A stretch of DNA of 64,000 bases from Rhodosorus marinus CCMP1338. Its lineage: Eukaryota; Plantae; Rhodophyta. The DNA is taken from NCBI GenBank assembly GCA_029953675.1, contig JAMWBK010000002.1, forward strand, positions 2,232,001 to 2,296,000. Reading direction: 5' to 3'. Position numbers and translations under genes: made by a program. The notes beneath the pieces are model-generated. The model saw only the letters and a list, made by a program, of their open reading frames with translations. It ran no database searches and had not been told where the DNA came from. Shown one piece after another: positions 1 through 13,245 of this stretch. Numbering within the stretch: the stretch's first letter is position 1; every line of letters begins with the position of its first letter.

Positions 1-2
1 CC

Positions 3-203
3 TATAGGAACTCTAAGCTCACGGAAGTACTCGAAGACTCCCTGGGCGGAAACTGCAAGACGCTTATGTTCGTAAACGTCTCACCCTCGGAGGCCAGCTT
101 CAGCGAGTCAATGCAATCCTTGCGCTTCGCTTCAAAGGTAAATTCGGTTGAAATTGGCACTGCGAGGAAGCAGCAAAAGATCGACATGGGCCCTTCAACA
201 TGA
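3..203 (+). CDS. Kinesin motor domain, 3' end (C-terminal motor, kinesin-14-like); 5' part lies outside the window
   Basis: Frame 3 reads [52 protein letters not shown]...stop at 201-203. This is the canonical end of a kinesin motor followed by only a short tail. Confidence 0.9.
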   Translation, partial: YRNSKLTEVLEDSLGGNCKTLMFVNVSPSEASFSESMQSLRFASKVNSVEIGTARKQQKIDMGPST

Positions 204-668
204 GTACGGTGACCCAGGCTAGTTGAAGCTGGTTCCGTTCAAACCTCGGCTATAACTACTGTATCTTGTAAATAGCGATATCTAAATCTTTAAACGGAAA
301 CGTTTTGTTCTGCTTGTGGACTTGCATTTTTTGCCATCCAAAACATGCTATACTTTCTGACTAGAGAGTCTGACCTGCTCAGCCCATCTGAACTCTGAGA
401 TGTTCTACAGCTCCAATCAACTACAGCCAGACCCCGAAGAGAATCAATCACCAATACTCAACGAAAGTCGCTGCTGGACTGAACGCCAACATGGCTGTGG
501 TCTCTCAACGGCCTTTTCGCGCTACGCAAGTTGAACAATCTACAAGCTGCTGACATTCCGAAAACAGCGACTTGCACATCAACGATCAAACGTTCAGCTA
601 AACGTACAGGGCAGAGCCGCCCGCCCAACACCGCTACAAATTCAATCCGGATGTGACCAAAACACGGA

Positions 669-882
669 ACAAGACCAGTAGAAACAAAGCCACTGAACTT
701 AATGTACTCTACCGCTCTTCGTGGGGAAGAAAAGGAACAATCGGAAATAGTTCTCTTGGGGGGCCACAGTGCCCACAACGGGCTAGGCACAAGACCAGTA
801 GAAACAAAGCCACAATCACAGTGCAGTCGGAATGCTCTCTTGTGCTCTTCGCGTGGAAAGAAAGGAACAATCAGAAATAATT
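669..882. repeat. Two-copy degenerate tandem repeat, period about 120 bp
   Basis: acaagaccagtagaaacaaagccac is identical at 669-693 and 789-813, followed by similar gctcttc...aaaggaacaatc(g/a)gaaata blocks. Confidence 0.85.
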
Positions 883-2006
883 ATTTTAGGGACACAATAT
901 CCATCGGGCCAGGATCCTACCACACAAGCAGCCTCACACCCACCAAGAACCCTTTCCAGCACTGGTTACACTGCAGTGGAGAGCCCGAAGATGCTGGAGC
1001 GCATTAGCCTAACTGTGGGTCAACTTGGGACCTAGCGTTGTCCTCTAAATAGGCTTCCTTGTGAATAGAATTCACAGTGCGCTATGTAGAACCAAGGAGT
1101 TAGGTGGAAAACAGTAACGCTTTTGAGTGGGGGAATCATATATGTATGATTTCTACTCAAAAACTATACAGTTGTACTCAATAGCAGATGGAACTGTCCG
1201 GAGCCCTATCCCAAAAAACAGAAACCCAAACAATCGAGTACAGCGATCCAATCGGCCCTGTACGCGGAGAAACAAACGTTCCAGATTCGGTGGCTTATCG
1301 CCGAATCCAACGATCGAGCACGAGCAATCCAATCGGTTCTGCACCGCACCAGGTAAAATAAACGCTACAGAAGCAGTGATGCGTCACTGCATCCCAACAA
1401 ATTGAAAACAGCAATCCAATCCCTTAATTGAACCCTAGCAATTAAGAACTTCAACCCGATCAGTTGCACCAGACTGGGCAAAACAAAGATAACAGAACCA
1501 GTGATCCGTCACTGACTCCCGGCAATGCTGCACACTAATGGTAACCCTAGCGAACGAGTAAGGTGGCCCATCGCCTTCTCCACTGGCGGCCCACCACATC
1601 GGGAAGAACAACAAGCTATAGATTGAATAATCAATCATCATCCCGTTTACAATAGTGATTGATTGAATCGATAATACCACTCGGTTGTGTCGAGTTTTTT
1701 TAGTTTTTTCGTAGGTGTCGTCGCTTTATTGAAACTAATTGGTCGGAGGGTGGTAATCTCGCGATCTCTCGATTGGGTATTGGCTCATTTCCACTCCCAG
1801 AGATACTTATCATTGTCGAATCGTGATGCTCAAGGTTATCATGGAACCTAGATAACTTAAGATGGTTGGATATAGCGCGAAAATAGATTGAAACTATCAA
1901 TGAAATAACCAATAGAAAACATATAAGCCTTTTTATTTTATAATTTCATCAATCTCACCGAGAGGAGCTCTTGAAAAGCGGTTTAAAAAATACTTCCACT
2001 TTCGGG

Positions 2007-2074
2007 AGCTGCGACCGACACCTATCAAAAACGGGCACCGCTCCGGGCGTTTTTGATAGGTGTCGGTCGCAGCT
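2007..2074. repeat. Perfect 27-bp inverted repeat with a 14-nt spacer (hairpin or micro-MITE)
   Basis: agctgcgaccgacacctatcaaaaacg (2007-2033) is the exact reverse complement of 2048-2074. Confidence 0.95.
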
Positions 2075-3269
2075 AGGGGGGTTACGTTAGTCTGAGGGGG
2101 GTTCATGGTCATCGATCAGAGACCGGCTTTTTGAGCAAAATTTGAAGCTTTTCGAACTCTTTCAATGCAACTATGCAACGCCATAACCCCTACACACCCA
2201 CCCCCTCCTCCCCGCTTCGTTTCTTCCACCTGCATTTTTCGGATCTGCCTTTTTGGGTTTGCTGGTAGAAAACAAGTCCAGGGTTCTTAATTGTTTATGT
2301 TTTCTTTCTTTTTTTGGAGTGATGAAGTTCGCGTGGTGGCACCCGTCAAGTGGAGTCAGGCACCGCTGCAACAAAACCAAATCAAAAGGCAGACTGTTTC
2401 TCCTCATCCTTTTTTTTTTTTTTTGACCCACAAGAAGAATTGAAGAAAAAATACTTACGAAAAATGGAAAAAATGAAATATCAAAACCAGTCGAGAGTAA
2501 AACGAAACCCTAGAAATAATAACATATTAAGTTCTTATTTACTCCTAACACTGAAGGTAATGCAAGTTCCTTACCCTGTTCTCATATTCATCCCTACATC
2601 GAGCAACTACTCATTTTTAAGCTATACGATAACATTTTGTGGACTGAAAATGATTCCCGCTTGGTAACCAGGGGGGTGGATGGATTGGTTCGGGGGGGGG
2701 GGGGAGGGAGGTTAGGAACCCCAAACCTAACAGACGATCTTCTTTCCATCATGATCTGAAGTCATGGTCGGATACTATCCTAAACAAGAAGAAATATATC
2801 TAGAATTGGGATCTTCCACGCCGAAAATTTCTTGCCCAGCAAGTAAGAACAGGGGGGGGGGAGGGAGAAATTAGTGTATTGACTAAATAGCTGTAATAAG
2901 GGCAATTTAGAACTAAAACACCAATCAACATAATGTGTACATGGCTGCGGAGGGCGGTTGGTTGGAGGGATGTGGAAGATAAAAAATTAAGAAAAAGGAA
3001 ATTGGGAAGGTGGGCTGGAGGCATATTCAGGACGATTGAATTCTTTAATTATGTTGTGATTCAACATGCTTTTTTTTAGCTTGATTTTGGATGGGGTGAC
3101 ACACCAAGACACCCCCCGGGGGTTGCGAACATGTCGGTTGGGGTTCGGAGTCTGTCTTGGACAGGAACGGTTCTTGATCGATGAAGAAGCTAGAATTAAA
3201 CGAGGCCCATTGAGATGTGAGCGTATGCTGTGAAGCGGGTGTCAGGGGAGTGAGTGTTTGTGTGTGTAT

Positions 3270-3305
3270 GAGGGAGAGAGAGAGAGAGGGAGGGAGAGAG
3301 AGAGA
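3270..3305. repeat. (GA)n-rich microsatellite in a G-rich leader
   Basis: gagggagagagagagagagggagggagagagagagag. Confidence 0.8.
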
Positions 3306-3542
3306 GCATACGTAGTTAAAGATAAAGGTGGTAGAGTTTTGCATGCTGTGGGTCCTAGAGTGTTAGGAAGAAGAAGAGGAAGGTTTTCGGTTGGCAGTGA
3401 ATCGAGGGTTTTTGCTCTTCGGTTTTGTTTTTGAGGAGTTAGCTGTGTATGTGGGATAAGAAATTCTGTTAGAGCATTGTTGTGTGTTGAAGGGGGAGGG
3501 GGGTTGGGGCAGGGCGGATCGGTTTGTCGGAGAATCCTGAGC

Positions 3543-4280
3543 ATGATGGAGAGTGATACTTGTGCTCTAGATTCTGCGAGGAGGAGTCGTGTGAGTATGG
3601 AGGGGGTTTGGTCGTCGTTGTTAGCGTTTTTCTCCGGGGTCCCAGTAAGAGTGAATAAGGTCAGGGAGTGGAGACGGTCCTCCGTTTTGTGTACATTGGA
3701 GAGCTCGGGGCAGGGGGGGTCGTCTTCGTTTCGTAGATTGGACGAGAGCTCAATGCGTCATATTGCTGCTCAGTTTTTGGTAAATGGAACCCGAGAATCC
3801 AAACGACCCGCGAGGACTGAGGAGGGAATACAATTTGCGAAGCAGAATCAGCTCGCCGTAGGAAAGGAAGAGATCGCTAACATGCAATCTCAGTCTCTTT
3901 TTGAATGGCCTGAATTGGCCAGTTTCGTCCCCGCGTTGGTACAGCGACTAAAGAGTCAACACGAGGCGGGAAAGGAAGAGAAGGAGGATAAGTTTGACTT
4001 GGAGAGCGTATTGCCGGCGCCTTTATTCCAGTCAATCTCCTTTACATGGGAGGAGCAACCCGATGCCGAGGAGAAATCCTTTGTAGAGAAGGTTTTTGAT
4101 ATTCACCGGAATGTCGTAGAGGGTGTGGAGGACAAATACAAGAAGCTGGTATCCTCCGTTTCACAAGGAAGTCAGCGAAGACTAGAATCTTCGTCACCCA
4201 GCCACAAGGAGGTCCTTACTGTAGAAGACGCGTCGATTATTGCCGTGGGGATGAATATTTTGTCCAGTTTTAAGTCATAA
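3543..4280 (+). CDS. Hypothetical protein, about 245 aa, intronless
   Basis: Long open frame from ATG 3543, preceded by the G-rich leader seen before other genes here and followed by an AT-rich 3' flank. No family recognised. Confidence 0.6.
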   Translation: MMESDTCALDSARRSRVSMEGVWSSLLAFFSGVPVRVNKVREWRRSSVLCTLESSGQGGSSSFRRLDESSMRHIAAQFLVNGTRESKRPARTEEGIQFAKQNQLAVGKEEIANMQSQSLFEWPELASFVPALVQRLKSQHEAGKEEKEDKFDLESVLPAPLFQSISFTWEEQPDAEEKSFVEKVFDIHRNVVEGVEDKYKKLVSSVSQGSQRRLESSSPSHKEVLTVEDASIIAVGMNILSSFKS

Positions 4281-4905
4281 GAAGAAGAAGCAGAAGATAA
4301 GAAAACTTAAGTATTCAAGTAAATAAAAATAGTATCAATTTAGACCAAAAACCAACAAAGTCCCCTCAGACCAACCGCTCTCACTTCCACAACCCTACAA
4401 TTTGAGGTCATCGCAGCCTTGTCTTGCATCCTTCAAATTGTAGTACTTCGCTTCTCTAACGCCGGCTCTATGCTTAAGACCTGCGCAACCTAAAAGCGTA
4501 GAGTTCACCAAAACTGCAAATGTGCGCTTAAAACCGGCTACCTAACAGCTCCAGATCACCACGATCAACGGGCTTAGCATTCACGGATCGTTCTCTCAGC
4601 ACTTAGGATTGAACATCCACGAGATGTTTCTCTTGACGACTGGTCGCCTCTGGGTGCTCTCGATGACATGCTGTTGAGGTTCACCCCATAAAGCTATGAA
4701 GAAGCCTTCATCGTCGCACACCCAAGCCATTCTTCGGCTTCTTCCGGAATTTCGAAGCCGTAGTGTTTTGAGGGAGCCTCAGACATAGCAACCATTGTTC
4801 GTGGGGAAGGTGAGGGCGTTGTTATGTCCTAGGCGCTGATCTGAGAAAAATAAAGGGCCACGCTTTCGTGCTTGTTTTTTATTTTCTTTGGGAGAGGGTT
4901 TAGGT

Positions 4906-5590
4906 ATGTCGCCGAGACAGGAGAGGGCCGCAATAGAGTTTGGCACGGTGAACGAGAAGAACCTTGTTCAATTGCAAAGGCTGAACACTGCGCTGTTCCC
5001 CGTGAAGTACAATGATAAGTTCTATCAAGAGGCTATTCGGGCTCCTGACGGCTTCGTGCGGCTAGGTGAGCTTGTTTCGCATTCTCTACGTTTCGGGTTG
5101 TGTTTTGCTTTTTTGTCTGATACTGACAGTAGTTTGGTCGCTCTCGCAGCTTACTTTCAGACCATCCTGGTGGGAGCAGTCATGGTGAGGTTCGAAAGCA
5201 ATGCAAACGGAAGCTCAAGACTGTACATTATGACACTCGGCGTGCTGGCGCCGTATCGGGAGCGAGGGATCGGAGCGCAACTGCTAGATCATGTTTTTGA
5301 GCTTTTAGCGTCACATCCATTATGTTCAGTAAGACTGCGGCTCTCTTATAAAGGAAATCAACTGATGCTCTACAGTGAAGCTAAAGGTGATTCGTTGTTT
5401 GTGCTACTGCCAGAATGTATCCGAGATCGCTTTGCATGTTCACACAGAGAATACCGAAGCAATAGCGTTTTACAAAAACAGGGGTTTTGAAGTTGTGGAG
5501 CTTATTGAGAAGTACTACAAACGAGGTGTCGATCCACCCGACTGTTATTTACTGTCTAAGAAGGTTGAGCCTCGTGGAAACGGCTCTTAG
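4906..5590 (+). CDS. NAA50: N-alpha-acetyltransferase 50 (NatE catalytic subunit), 3 exons
   Basis: Exons 4906-5065, 5150-5328 and 5414-5590 sum to 172 codons. Motifs LNTALFPVKYNDKFY, LYIMTLGVLAPYRERGIG and IALHVHTENTEAIAFYK...YYKR. Confidence 0.92.
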
Positions 5591-6847
5591 CAGCGTATAA
5601 GAGTTGTTCTAGTCCAAAAGGCTTAGAAAAAATGTGAATAAAGCGAGCATAGGTTTTGGGTCAGGTAGAAATTGGGTAAACCGCAAGCTCCGTACTGGCA
5701 CGGGCGCAACAGTAGGTAGAAAGCAGTTCACCTATCTAATTCTCTTTGTTCCCTTACAAGGAGTGTCTGGTTCGTTTCGTACGACGTGGAGTATTTGACG
5801 AGTAGATTGTAGAGGCTGTGGCAAGTATTGGACCCCACTTACCGTGGGTAGTAAGATCCAGTAACGAGTAACAAGCAGAGAGAAATATGACGAGGAGCAC
5901 GGCGCCATTCCACAAATCGTATTGATGGAGCTTCATCACACATACTGTCGGAAGTGAGCGCTGCCGCCTCTTCAACAGAGCGTCTGCCAGTTGGCTTGAC
6001 CGAGTATTGGGAACTGGGTTGAACCTGCTCAGGGAACAGCTGCTGCGATCGAACCAGGAAAAAGCTATGGATTGAAGGTCTTGCGCTCTCGCATCAGGAC
6101 AGAGCGTGAGATCTTCATTCAACGCTCGTGATATGTAGCAACCATACGTCCGGTTCATGAGCTCCTTCGTACAGTTCCATTCCGAGACTACAATTTTACG
6201 ACTAAACGTATTTAGAACAACTGCAAAACGGTTTCCAACAATCTGAATTTGATTTTTTATTTTTATTTGTGATGTTAGTCAGATATTTAAAAATTTCACA
6301 GTTTTAAAGTGCTCTGTTTTTTCGTGATCATTCCCCATTTAGGCTCTGTTTGTATTAGAAGTTTCCAGATTTAGATATTATAGATGTATAGTTACTTCCA
6401 TACGAATAAAACACGCTATATCTACGAATTACAGGATATCGAGCCATGAACTAGAGCTACAAGTGGCTTGTTGAGTGGATAGGACTAGCTGTGACGCCGT
6501 GAACAGCTAGTTCACGGGGTTTAGGCCATGTAAGGTGACGGCAGTTTCCAGAAATCTTCCTTTTATGTCTAGCCTTGTGCCGCAATTTGATACAGAAATC
6601 AGCTTTACCAGAACTTAAAAATCTGCAAAGCCAGCACATGCAAAAGTCTGAAGTCTATCACAAAAGTACCCAACCCAACGAGTACCTCGTGGTCAGCTCG
6701 CTCCGAGCATGGCGTGACTATCGCCCAAGATCGTCAACTGGGCATCTGAAAGGTTTCTCTCCCAATGCGCGGTGTGAAAAATAAACTGGCTGGCGCCCAT
6801 CGCGCCGACGCAAGCCAGAGTCTGAAAGCATACTCCGGGGTTTTCAT

Positions 6848-8105
6848 TTACTTCGCTCCCGCCTCGACCAGAAGTCCCAACTGCTCCTTCACCCGCTCAT
6901 CCTCCTGATCATGGCTCTCCGTGTACATCAGCGGCGTCCAGCCTCCATCATTGGCAACCTCTACCTGTGCTCCACGTTCAAGCAGATACTTGACCATTTC
7001 TAATCTTACTCTTGCAGCTGCGGCGAGAAGCGGAGTCTGGTTTTGCTTGTGTTCCCACTTCAGGTTGATGTCGAGGCCAGAATCAATCAGAGCCGTGAAT
7101 TTGTCCCAGTCGTCCAGTCTGATCGCTGTCAACAGGTCCAACTTGTCATCATTCACGTACTTAGGAATCATGAAGTGTAACTTTTCCTGGAACTTAGGCT
7201 GCGCCCAGTTCTTCAGAAGGGCCGAAAGCATAAAGGATAGAGATCCCGGTACACTCATCACAGCAACGCATCCTCCGGTGTCCTTATTGTAGAGAGTTTC
7301 TCTGGTAATTAGGGACCACGCACTCACGTCCTCCGGGTTTGATGACGCTTCCCCGCCATAGGACACGGTCCCCGGGAGCACTTCAGCGATCCCGCTTCGA
7401 ACGGAATCAGAGGATGATCCTGAGCGAAAGAGACGTTTCATGAGTTGCAGGACAGATCCTGTGTTGCCTGCCAGTTGGAGTTTTCTCCTTACCAGGTGTG
7501 TGGGAGTACAGCACGAAGGGAACTGAGCCACTAGCGTGGAACTCTGCAAATTCCTGAGCGGCCTGCTTCCCGGCCTCCGCTCCTGAGGACTCAGACATCG
7601 GAACGATTCCAACAACACTTTTCTGGCCATCACTGCTAGCAAGGGTCACGATCTCTAGGACACCCTCAGCTTCGTCCTTCACAATTGTGCGTCCAAGGAA
7701 AGGAACATCCGAAGCGAGTTTTTCACTCAAAATTTCGCGAAGCTTCCCCGCGTCAATATCACTGGTCATTGTTACGTGGACCATTGCGGGGCTACCATCA
7801 ACCGTACTCGTCGCTTTTGTCAAAGCTGCGTCGACCGCAGCTTCCAAGTCACCCTCATGGTTCTTCAAGACCCCCCGCCCAGTCCCAATCTTGACCGTGC
7901 CCGCTGCCCGCGACCCGTCACTGGCCCCTGCCCTCTTCACCTCAAAGAAATTCTGCAGCGCCGGAGGACCCTCGCTGTCCGGACTCTGCAATCGAGACCC
8001 AGCCATCCTCACCTCCCCTCTCGAAGAAGCGCTTCTGGAAGCTACAGCGCCCTTGACGGATCCACCGCTCAGAAAGCTTCCAACGAATCCGCAGGAACCC
8101 TCCAT
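6848..8105 (-). CDS. Putative plastid-targeted FIST-N-like domain protein with C-terminal ankyrin repeats, 2 exons, 394 aa
   Basis: Intron 7492-7420 (gtaagg...ctcag) joins the two ORFs in frame (395 codons). Transit-like N-terminus MEGSCGFVGSF...EVRM; ankyrin motifs QTPLLAAAAR and GWTPLMY; FIST-like segments VPFLGRT and LYSHTPG...GIAEVLPGTVSYGGEAS. Confidence 0.8.
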
Positions 8106-9909
8106 CGCTCGCTCTCACTTTTCCGTTCTACCGAAATAGGATTCGATCCCCGGACGAAAAAAAATTCTGCAAGTTCTTACACAAGAAAACACATCTCACT
8201 AACGGCAAGCCGAAATCCTACACCAACACTCTCGAATCGTCTTAGCACCTCAACCCCCAAACCCCACCCCCCCTACCAGCATATCCCTTGAGCTAAATCT
8301 CCCACACACCCACGCTCCGAACTTTTCCCATCAAAGGTCCCTCAAACCCCCTTTCCCATCCAAAAACGCACTCTTCAACGGCGAGAACAACGCTTAAAAA
8401 AGAACTTAAAAAGGGAAATCAATAACATCTAACCCATCCAAGAAAAATCTCAACCGTATTCGAATACAGTAATTACCCTGTATCATACAGATATAATCAA
8501 TATAATTGTTTTATTTTATTCAATACTGGAAAGGTATTAAACCATGTATCTCGTAGTTATGGATGAACGTCAATCGAGCTGACATGGAGAAAGGGTTGGG
8601 GGGGCAGCTCGGATATTGATTTGTGAGAATATATTGGAGGATCTTGTTGAAATAGAGAAATCTAGCAAGCGGGTGTAAAATCGTGGTGAGAAGCAAAAAC
8701 AAAAAAATAGAAGAAAAACTCTGGCCAGTCTCTCAAACCAATGTTTAGTTTTGGCGGCGAAAGGAAACACTAAAGGATTTTCAAGATGACTAAAAAAAGA
8801 CAACTATGTAGGAATTTAAGGTGAATAAACGTCTTAATCTAGTCCACTTTCTTGGTTGTGATAGAAGTTAAACATGCTTGGCCGGATTTGTAGCGCTCGA
8901 TGTTTCCTAGCTTAGAGCATTGGGTTTATATCTGGCTCATCTCCGTTCAGGTCAAATGACTTGCACGAGATTTAGTGTATAGTTCTCGGATGCGTCTCCT
9001 CCAGCAGGCAATCATCAAAAGAAAGGGTAGTCTTAAACCTCGAGGCAGATAAGAACTTCTCCGCTTTCGTTGTGCTAGGCTTTAATTAACTGATAGAACA
9101 GAGAGAATCCTCAATTGAAGTTGCTAAGAGGACTGCGTCACAGCCGCCATGTTGCAGCCCCTTTTCCACGTCGCACTGGGGATTGAGTGAAAAGGTCAGA
9201 GAATCAGCTAAGCCCTTCGACACCATTCTAACTCGCAGCCTCAGATCAGGTTTTTGCATAGCTTGTCTAAGGCATATGCCGAACAAGCTGGGAATGTCCA
9301 GACTTGAATACCTGTACACAGTTAACGCGATGATTCACAGGCCCTATACGAATCCCTTTACCGGGCGCATCCTTTTTATTGTGCCATTCTCAAATGCACT
9401 TAGCAACTAGAAGCACACTTCTGAAGAAAACTCTTCGCAATCCCAACCACAACACTGCGCACAAAACAGGTTACTGCACGAACCGACCGGAAACAGGACA
9501 ATTAAATGTTCAATATTCAATCTCAATCAATATCCAAGCTATTCATCTACTGATTGATCAATATATGGACAGCTGTATATTTTAAGATTTCTTCACTAAT
9601 CATTGGCCTAAACGAGTGACAGCTGTCTCTCCAAAATTCGAGGCGAGATTAATCTGATGTTTTTTTAGTTCTTTTTTGGTTTTGTCGTAAGCGCTCCAGA
9701 ATGGGACTTTATGGTCTTGGATTGGTTCGTCGACAGTTACTAGTTTGCACTGAGACTGTTGCAATGGAATAGCCGTGGGCGGGGTGGAGAGGGATTCTGA
9801 TGACGCAGTGGAGCACACGTCTAGACAGGGTCTAGTGTGCTCGTTTGGAGTTTTCGGATCTTGTACGTGAGTGTTGTTCAGCTTTTGGGCTTTTTTTTTT
9901 TTCCCTTCT

Positions 9910-12635
9910 ATGGCATTCGCGAACGGACATTTGCGGCTTGAGTTTCGAGGCAGGCGGCTGGCAAACCACAGGAGGAGAAATGGTTTCGTGGTCAGGTCGA
10001 GCGTTTCTAGGGTTGCCTACCTCCCACCAGAGACGCCACCGGCATCTGTAAGCATTGCTTAGTTTTGAAGGATCCCTTAGAATCTAGTCTACACCGTTAC
10101 TGACCTTTTTCGGTGCACTGGTATCAGGCTCCTCTGGAGAAGCATCTTGCACAGTGTCAAAGCATAAACGAGATATGGAAAGGAGTACTGGAGGAGTATG
10201 GAGATAGTATAGCGTTAGTTGATCCTCAGCGAGGAAACGATGAAGGAATTACGTTCGCGCAATTCAAGCAATTGTACAAGAAATGTGCTTCCTCGTTGCG
10301 GAAGCTTGGCCTATCGAAGGGTACGTTAACGAGCTGCTTATTTTTTTCCTATTTTAGTCCTCAAAACCTGAACGGTGTTTGTATTTTTGGCCCGCTAGGT
10401 CAATGCATGTCGGTTTTCTCTGAGAACAGTCTGAACTGGCTCGTTCTCGACCAAGGCCTTCTCAGAAATGGGATGATCAATTCAGTTCGCGGATCTGCTG
10501 CGCCTGTACTGGAGCTCGATTTTATCTTTCAAGACAGTGAAAGCGTAGCCCTAGCTGTACAGGATGCGAAGCTTTTAAAGAAGCTCGAGAGCGCTCTTGT
10601 AAGCCAATCAACGGGTCCAATACCTCGGCAGTAGTTTCTGGAGCTTCTGTATCTCAGTTGAAAGCTTTGCTTGTCCTTTTTGTGTTCCTGTTTCTGCAAT
10701 AGGACTCAGCTGAGGTCAAGTTTGTGATAATCCTGCAAGGTACGAAGACCGCAGAGTCGGCATTTGAAGGATCTGTTCCTGTGTACACCTTCAAAGAACT
10801 TATGGATCTTGGGGAAGAGGACGAAAATCATGACGCGACCGTGAATAAGTCAGACGTAGCGACAATTTTGTATACATCTGGAACAACTGGAAAGCCAAAA
10901 GGTGTACCACTTACTCATGGGAACATTCTCCATCAGGTATAGGTGACCAAAATTCACCTTGCTGACAATCGCGATAATCCCTGCAAATAGTTTGACGTCG
11001 AGCTGTTTTCTCGGTTAGATAGTCAACGTTCGCCTTGGAGAGGCACATCCCCGACCGGAGGGTGTGCTCGTGAGCATTCTTCCGTGCTGGCACATTTTTG
11101 AGAGAACGATTGAGTATATCGCCCTTGCATACGGTACTAAACTGGTGTACAGCAGCATCAAATCCTTTCGGGACGATCTGGCAAAATACCAACCGACACA
11201 CTTGGTCGGAGTTCCGAGACTTTTCGAGAGCCTATACGGGGCTGTTAACTCGAAGTTCACCAGTGGCTCCGCGTTCAAGAAGTCGCTTGTTCAGTATCTC
11301 GTTCAGGCTTCAGGTTCGGGCAAATTGAGAAGTCAATAGATTAAGGGGATATGTAGCTCATTCGCTCTCTTCTGTGCTCACTGTAGAATCGTTTGCTGAG
11401 GCTCGAAGGTATCTACAAGGCAGAGCTCAGGAACCAGTTGATTTGTCTCGAAAGATAGTCTCTCTAGCAACGCTAGCTGCCTTGAAGCCTTTGTATGACA
11501 TTGCCCAGATCCTCGTGTGGGGAAATGTCCGAAGTGGAATCGGAGGAAAGGTAGAGGCTGCTGTTGTTGGAGGCGGATCATTACCAATGTACTTGGAAAA
11601 CTTTTACGATATGGCGGGAATACCTGTCTTCGTTGGCTACGGACTGACGGAGACCTCACCAGTAATTGCTAACAGAGTTCCACGACATAATGTCCCAGGG
11701 AGTTGCGGACTGATTCCAGGATTAACCGATATCAAAATCGTAGATCCAGAGAGTCGGGAAGAAGTGCCGGACGGCCATGAAGGCGTCTTGACTGTCAGAG
11801 GTCCAACAGTTTTCGGCGGATATCACAACCGCCCAGACGCAACCGAGGCATCGTTCGACGCGGATGGATATTTTGATACCGGCGATCTCGCGAAGAAGCT
11901 TGCACAGGGGGATATTGTCCTGACGGGAAGACAGAAGGATCTTATAGTATTGAGTAACGGGGAGAACGTGGCTCCTCAGTCGATCGAAGACGCTATTGCC
12001 GCTTGTCCGTTGATAGAGCAGGTAGGCTTTGTGGCCCATCCCAGACCGGGAGTCTTTGCATTCAAGGACCTTAGCAAGAGCTTGATTTTCGTAGGTCGTC
12101 CTCTGCGGACAGGATGAAAGATTTCTTTCGGCACTAGTAGTCCCAGAATTGAACAATCTAGAAGGTGCGGGCGCAATAGATGCTGAGACGAAGCAAGCTG
12201 CAGAGCAAGCATTTAATAGGTAGGGGTGCCACGAGTTGCAAGCATTCTGAATGGTGCTCGTCACGACGCGAGGCTAAGATAGAACATAAAGCGCTCTTAC
12301 TATCCAGAGTAAGCCGGAACAAGCGTTCTTCAACCGCACACCACTAAGCACAACCCGTTTGTTTCCACAGCGCGAACGCTGACGATTTGACCAAAGCAGA
12401 GGAGGAGTTGCTTTTTAAGACCAAAGACACGTTCCTCCATGCAATTCGAGAAAGAGTTCAGAAGCTTCCCGACTACCAACCCCTGTTCAGAGTGATGAGC
12501 GTTTCCTTGGTGCTGACCCCGTTCTCGGTAGAGAACAACCTAATGACACAAACGTTGAAGATCAGAAAGCAGGAGGTCACAAAGCGATACGTGGAGAAAA
12601 TCAAACACATGTATGAGTCCCATGAGAAAAAGTAA
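9910..12635 (+). CDS. Plastid long-chain acyl-CoA / acyl-ACP synthetase (AAE15/Aas-like AMP-binding enzyme), multi-exon
   Basis: MAF... transit peptide; AMP-binding motif [19 protein letters not shown]; [10 protein letters not shown]; [11 protein letters not shown]; YFDTGD; [17 protein letters not shown]; C-terminal [10 protein letters not shown]. Pieces are separated by GT-AG introns. Confidence 0.9.
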
Positions 12636-13245
12636 TAGCGCAACCGGTTTTTCTTTTTCTTTGAATGCTGCGTGTTTTAATCCACAACCACTCTAACCCA
12701 AACCAAATGAAGTTTTGCACAAGTAAACAAAGAACTTGTATCCCCGAGCTCATTTCGGATAGACGAAGATCAGCAGCGTCGCGTTTCCGATACCAAACTA
12801 GCCACTCTGACATGCACTTACGTATTTCTCAAAAGAAGAAATTGTCTCCAGCCAGTTCAGAGAGTCTGTAACACCAAAGCAAAATCCATTGCCTTCAGCA
12901 CCGATCTCTACGAAATTGAATTTTGTTATAATTTAACACAACGGAAAAGCAAAGTTGAATAATCGAAAATATTTCTCTGTCCATGCTTAAGTATCATCGG
13001 CCGGTGAAGCTGACAGTAATTGAGATGGGATTAAATTAATGAAATACATTTTCATAATGGGAGGTGAAATGGATTGAAGATTTGGATGGTATTTGAGGGA
13101 CTGTTGTCTGAGTGTCTTCGGGATGCGAGGGGAAGGGGGGTGAAGACGAGCTGCTCTGGAGAAAGGAAGGGCATCATATGGTAGAATGTTTTCTTGTTGA
13201 TGAGTAGTCTTGTCGGTACTTTGATTTTGATTTGGAAACATCAGC

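Noticed and set aside
204-260. gttcaaacc resembling a tRNA T-loop or tRNA-Sec anticodon loop
   Set aside because: Flanks do not pair into anticodon or acceptor stems; no cloverleaf.
4400-4800. Possible small spliced gene on the minus strand, head-to-head with NAA50
   Set aside because: Several splice models are possible, all needing weak donors, and none gives a recognisable protein.
5754-6158. 134-aa ORF with YISRALNE and LADAL, reminiscent of gypsy RNase H
   Set aside because: Motif spacing is too short and similarity too weak to call without a profile search.
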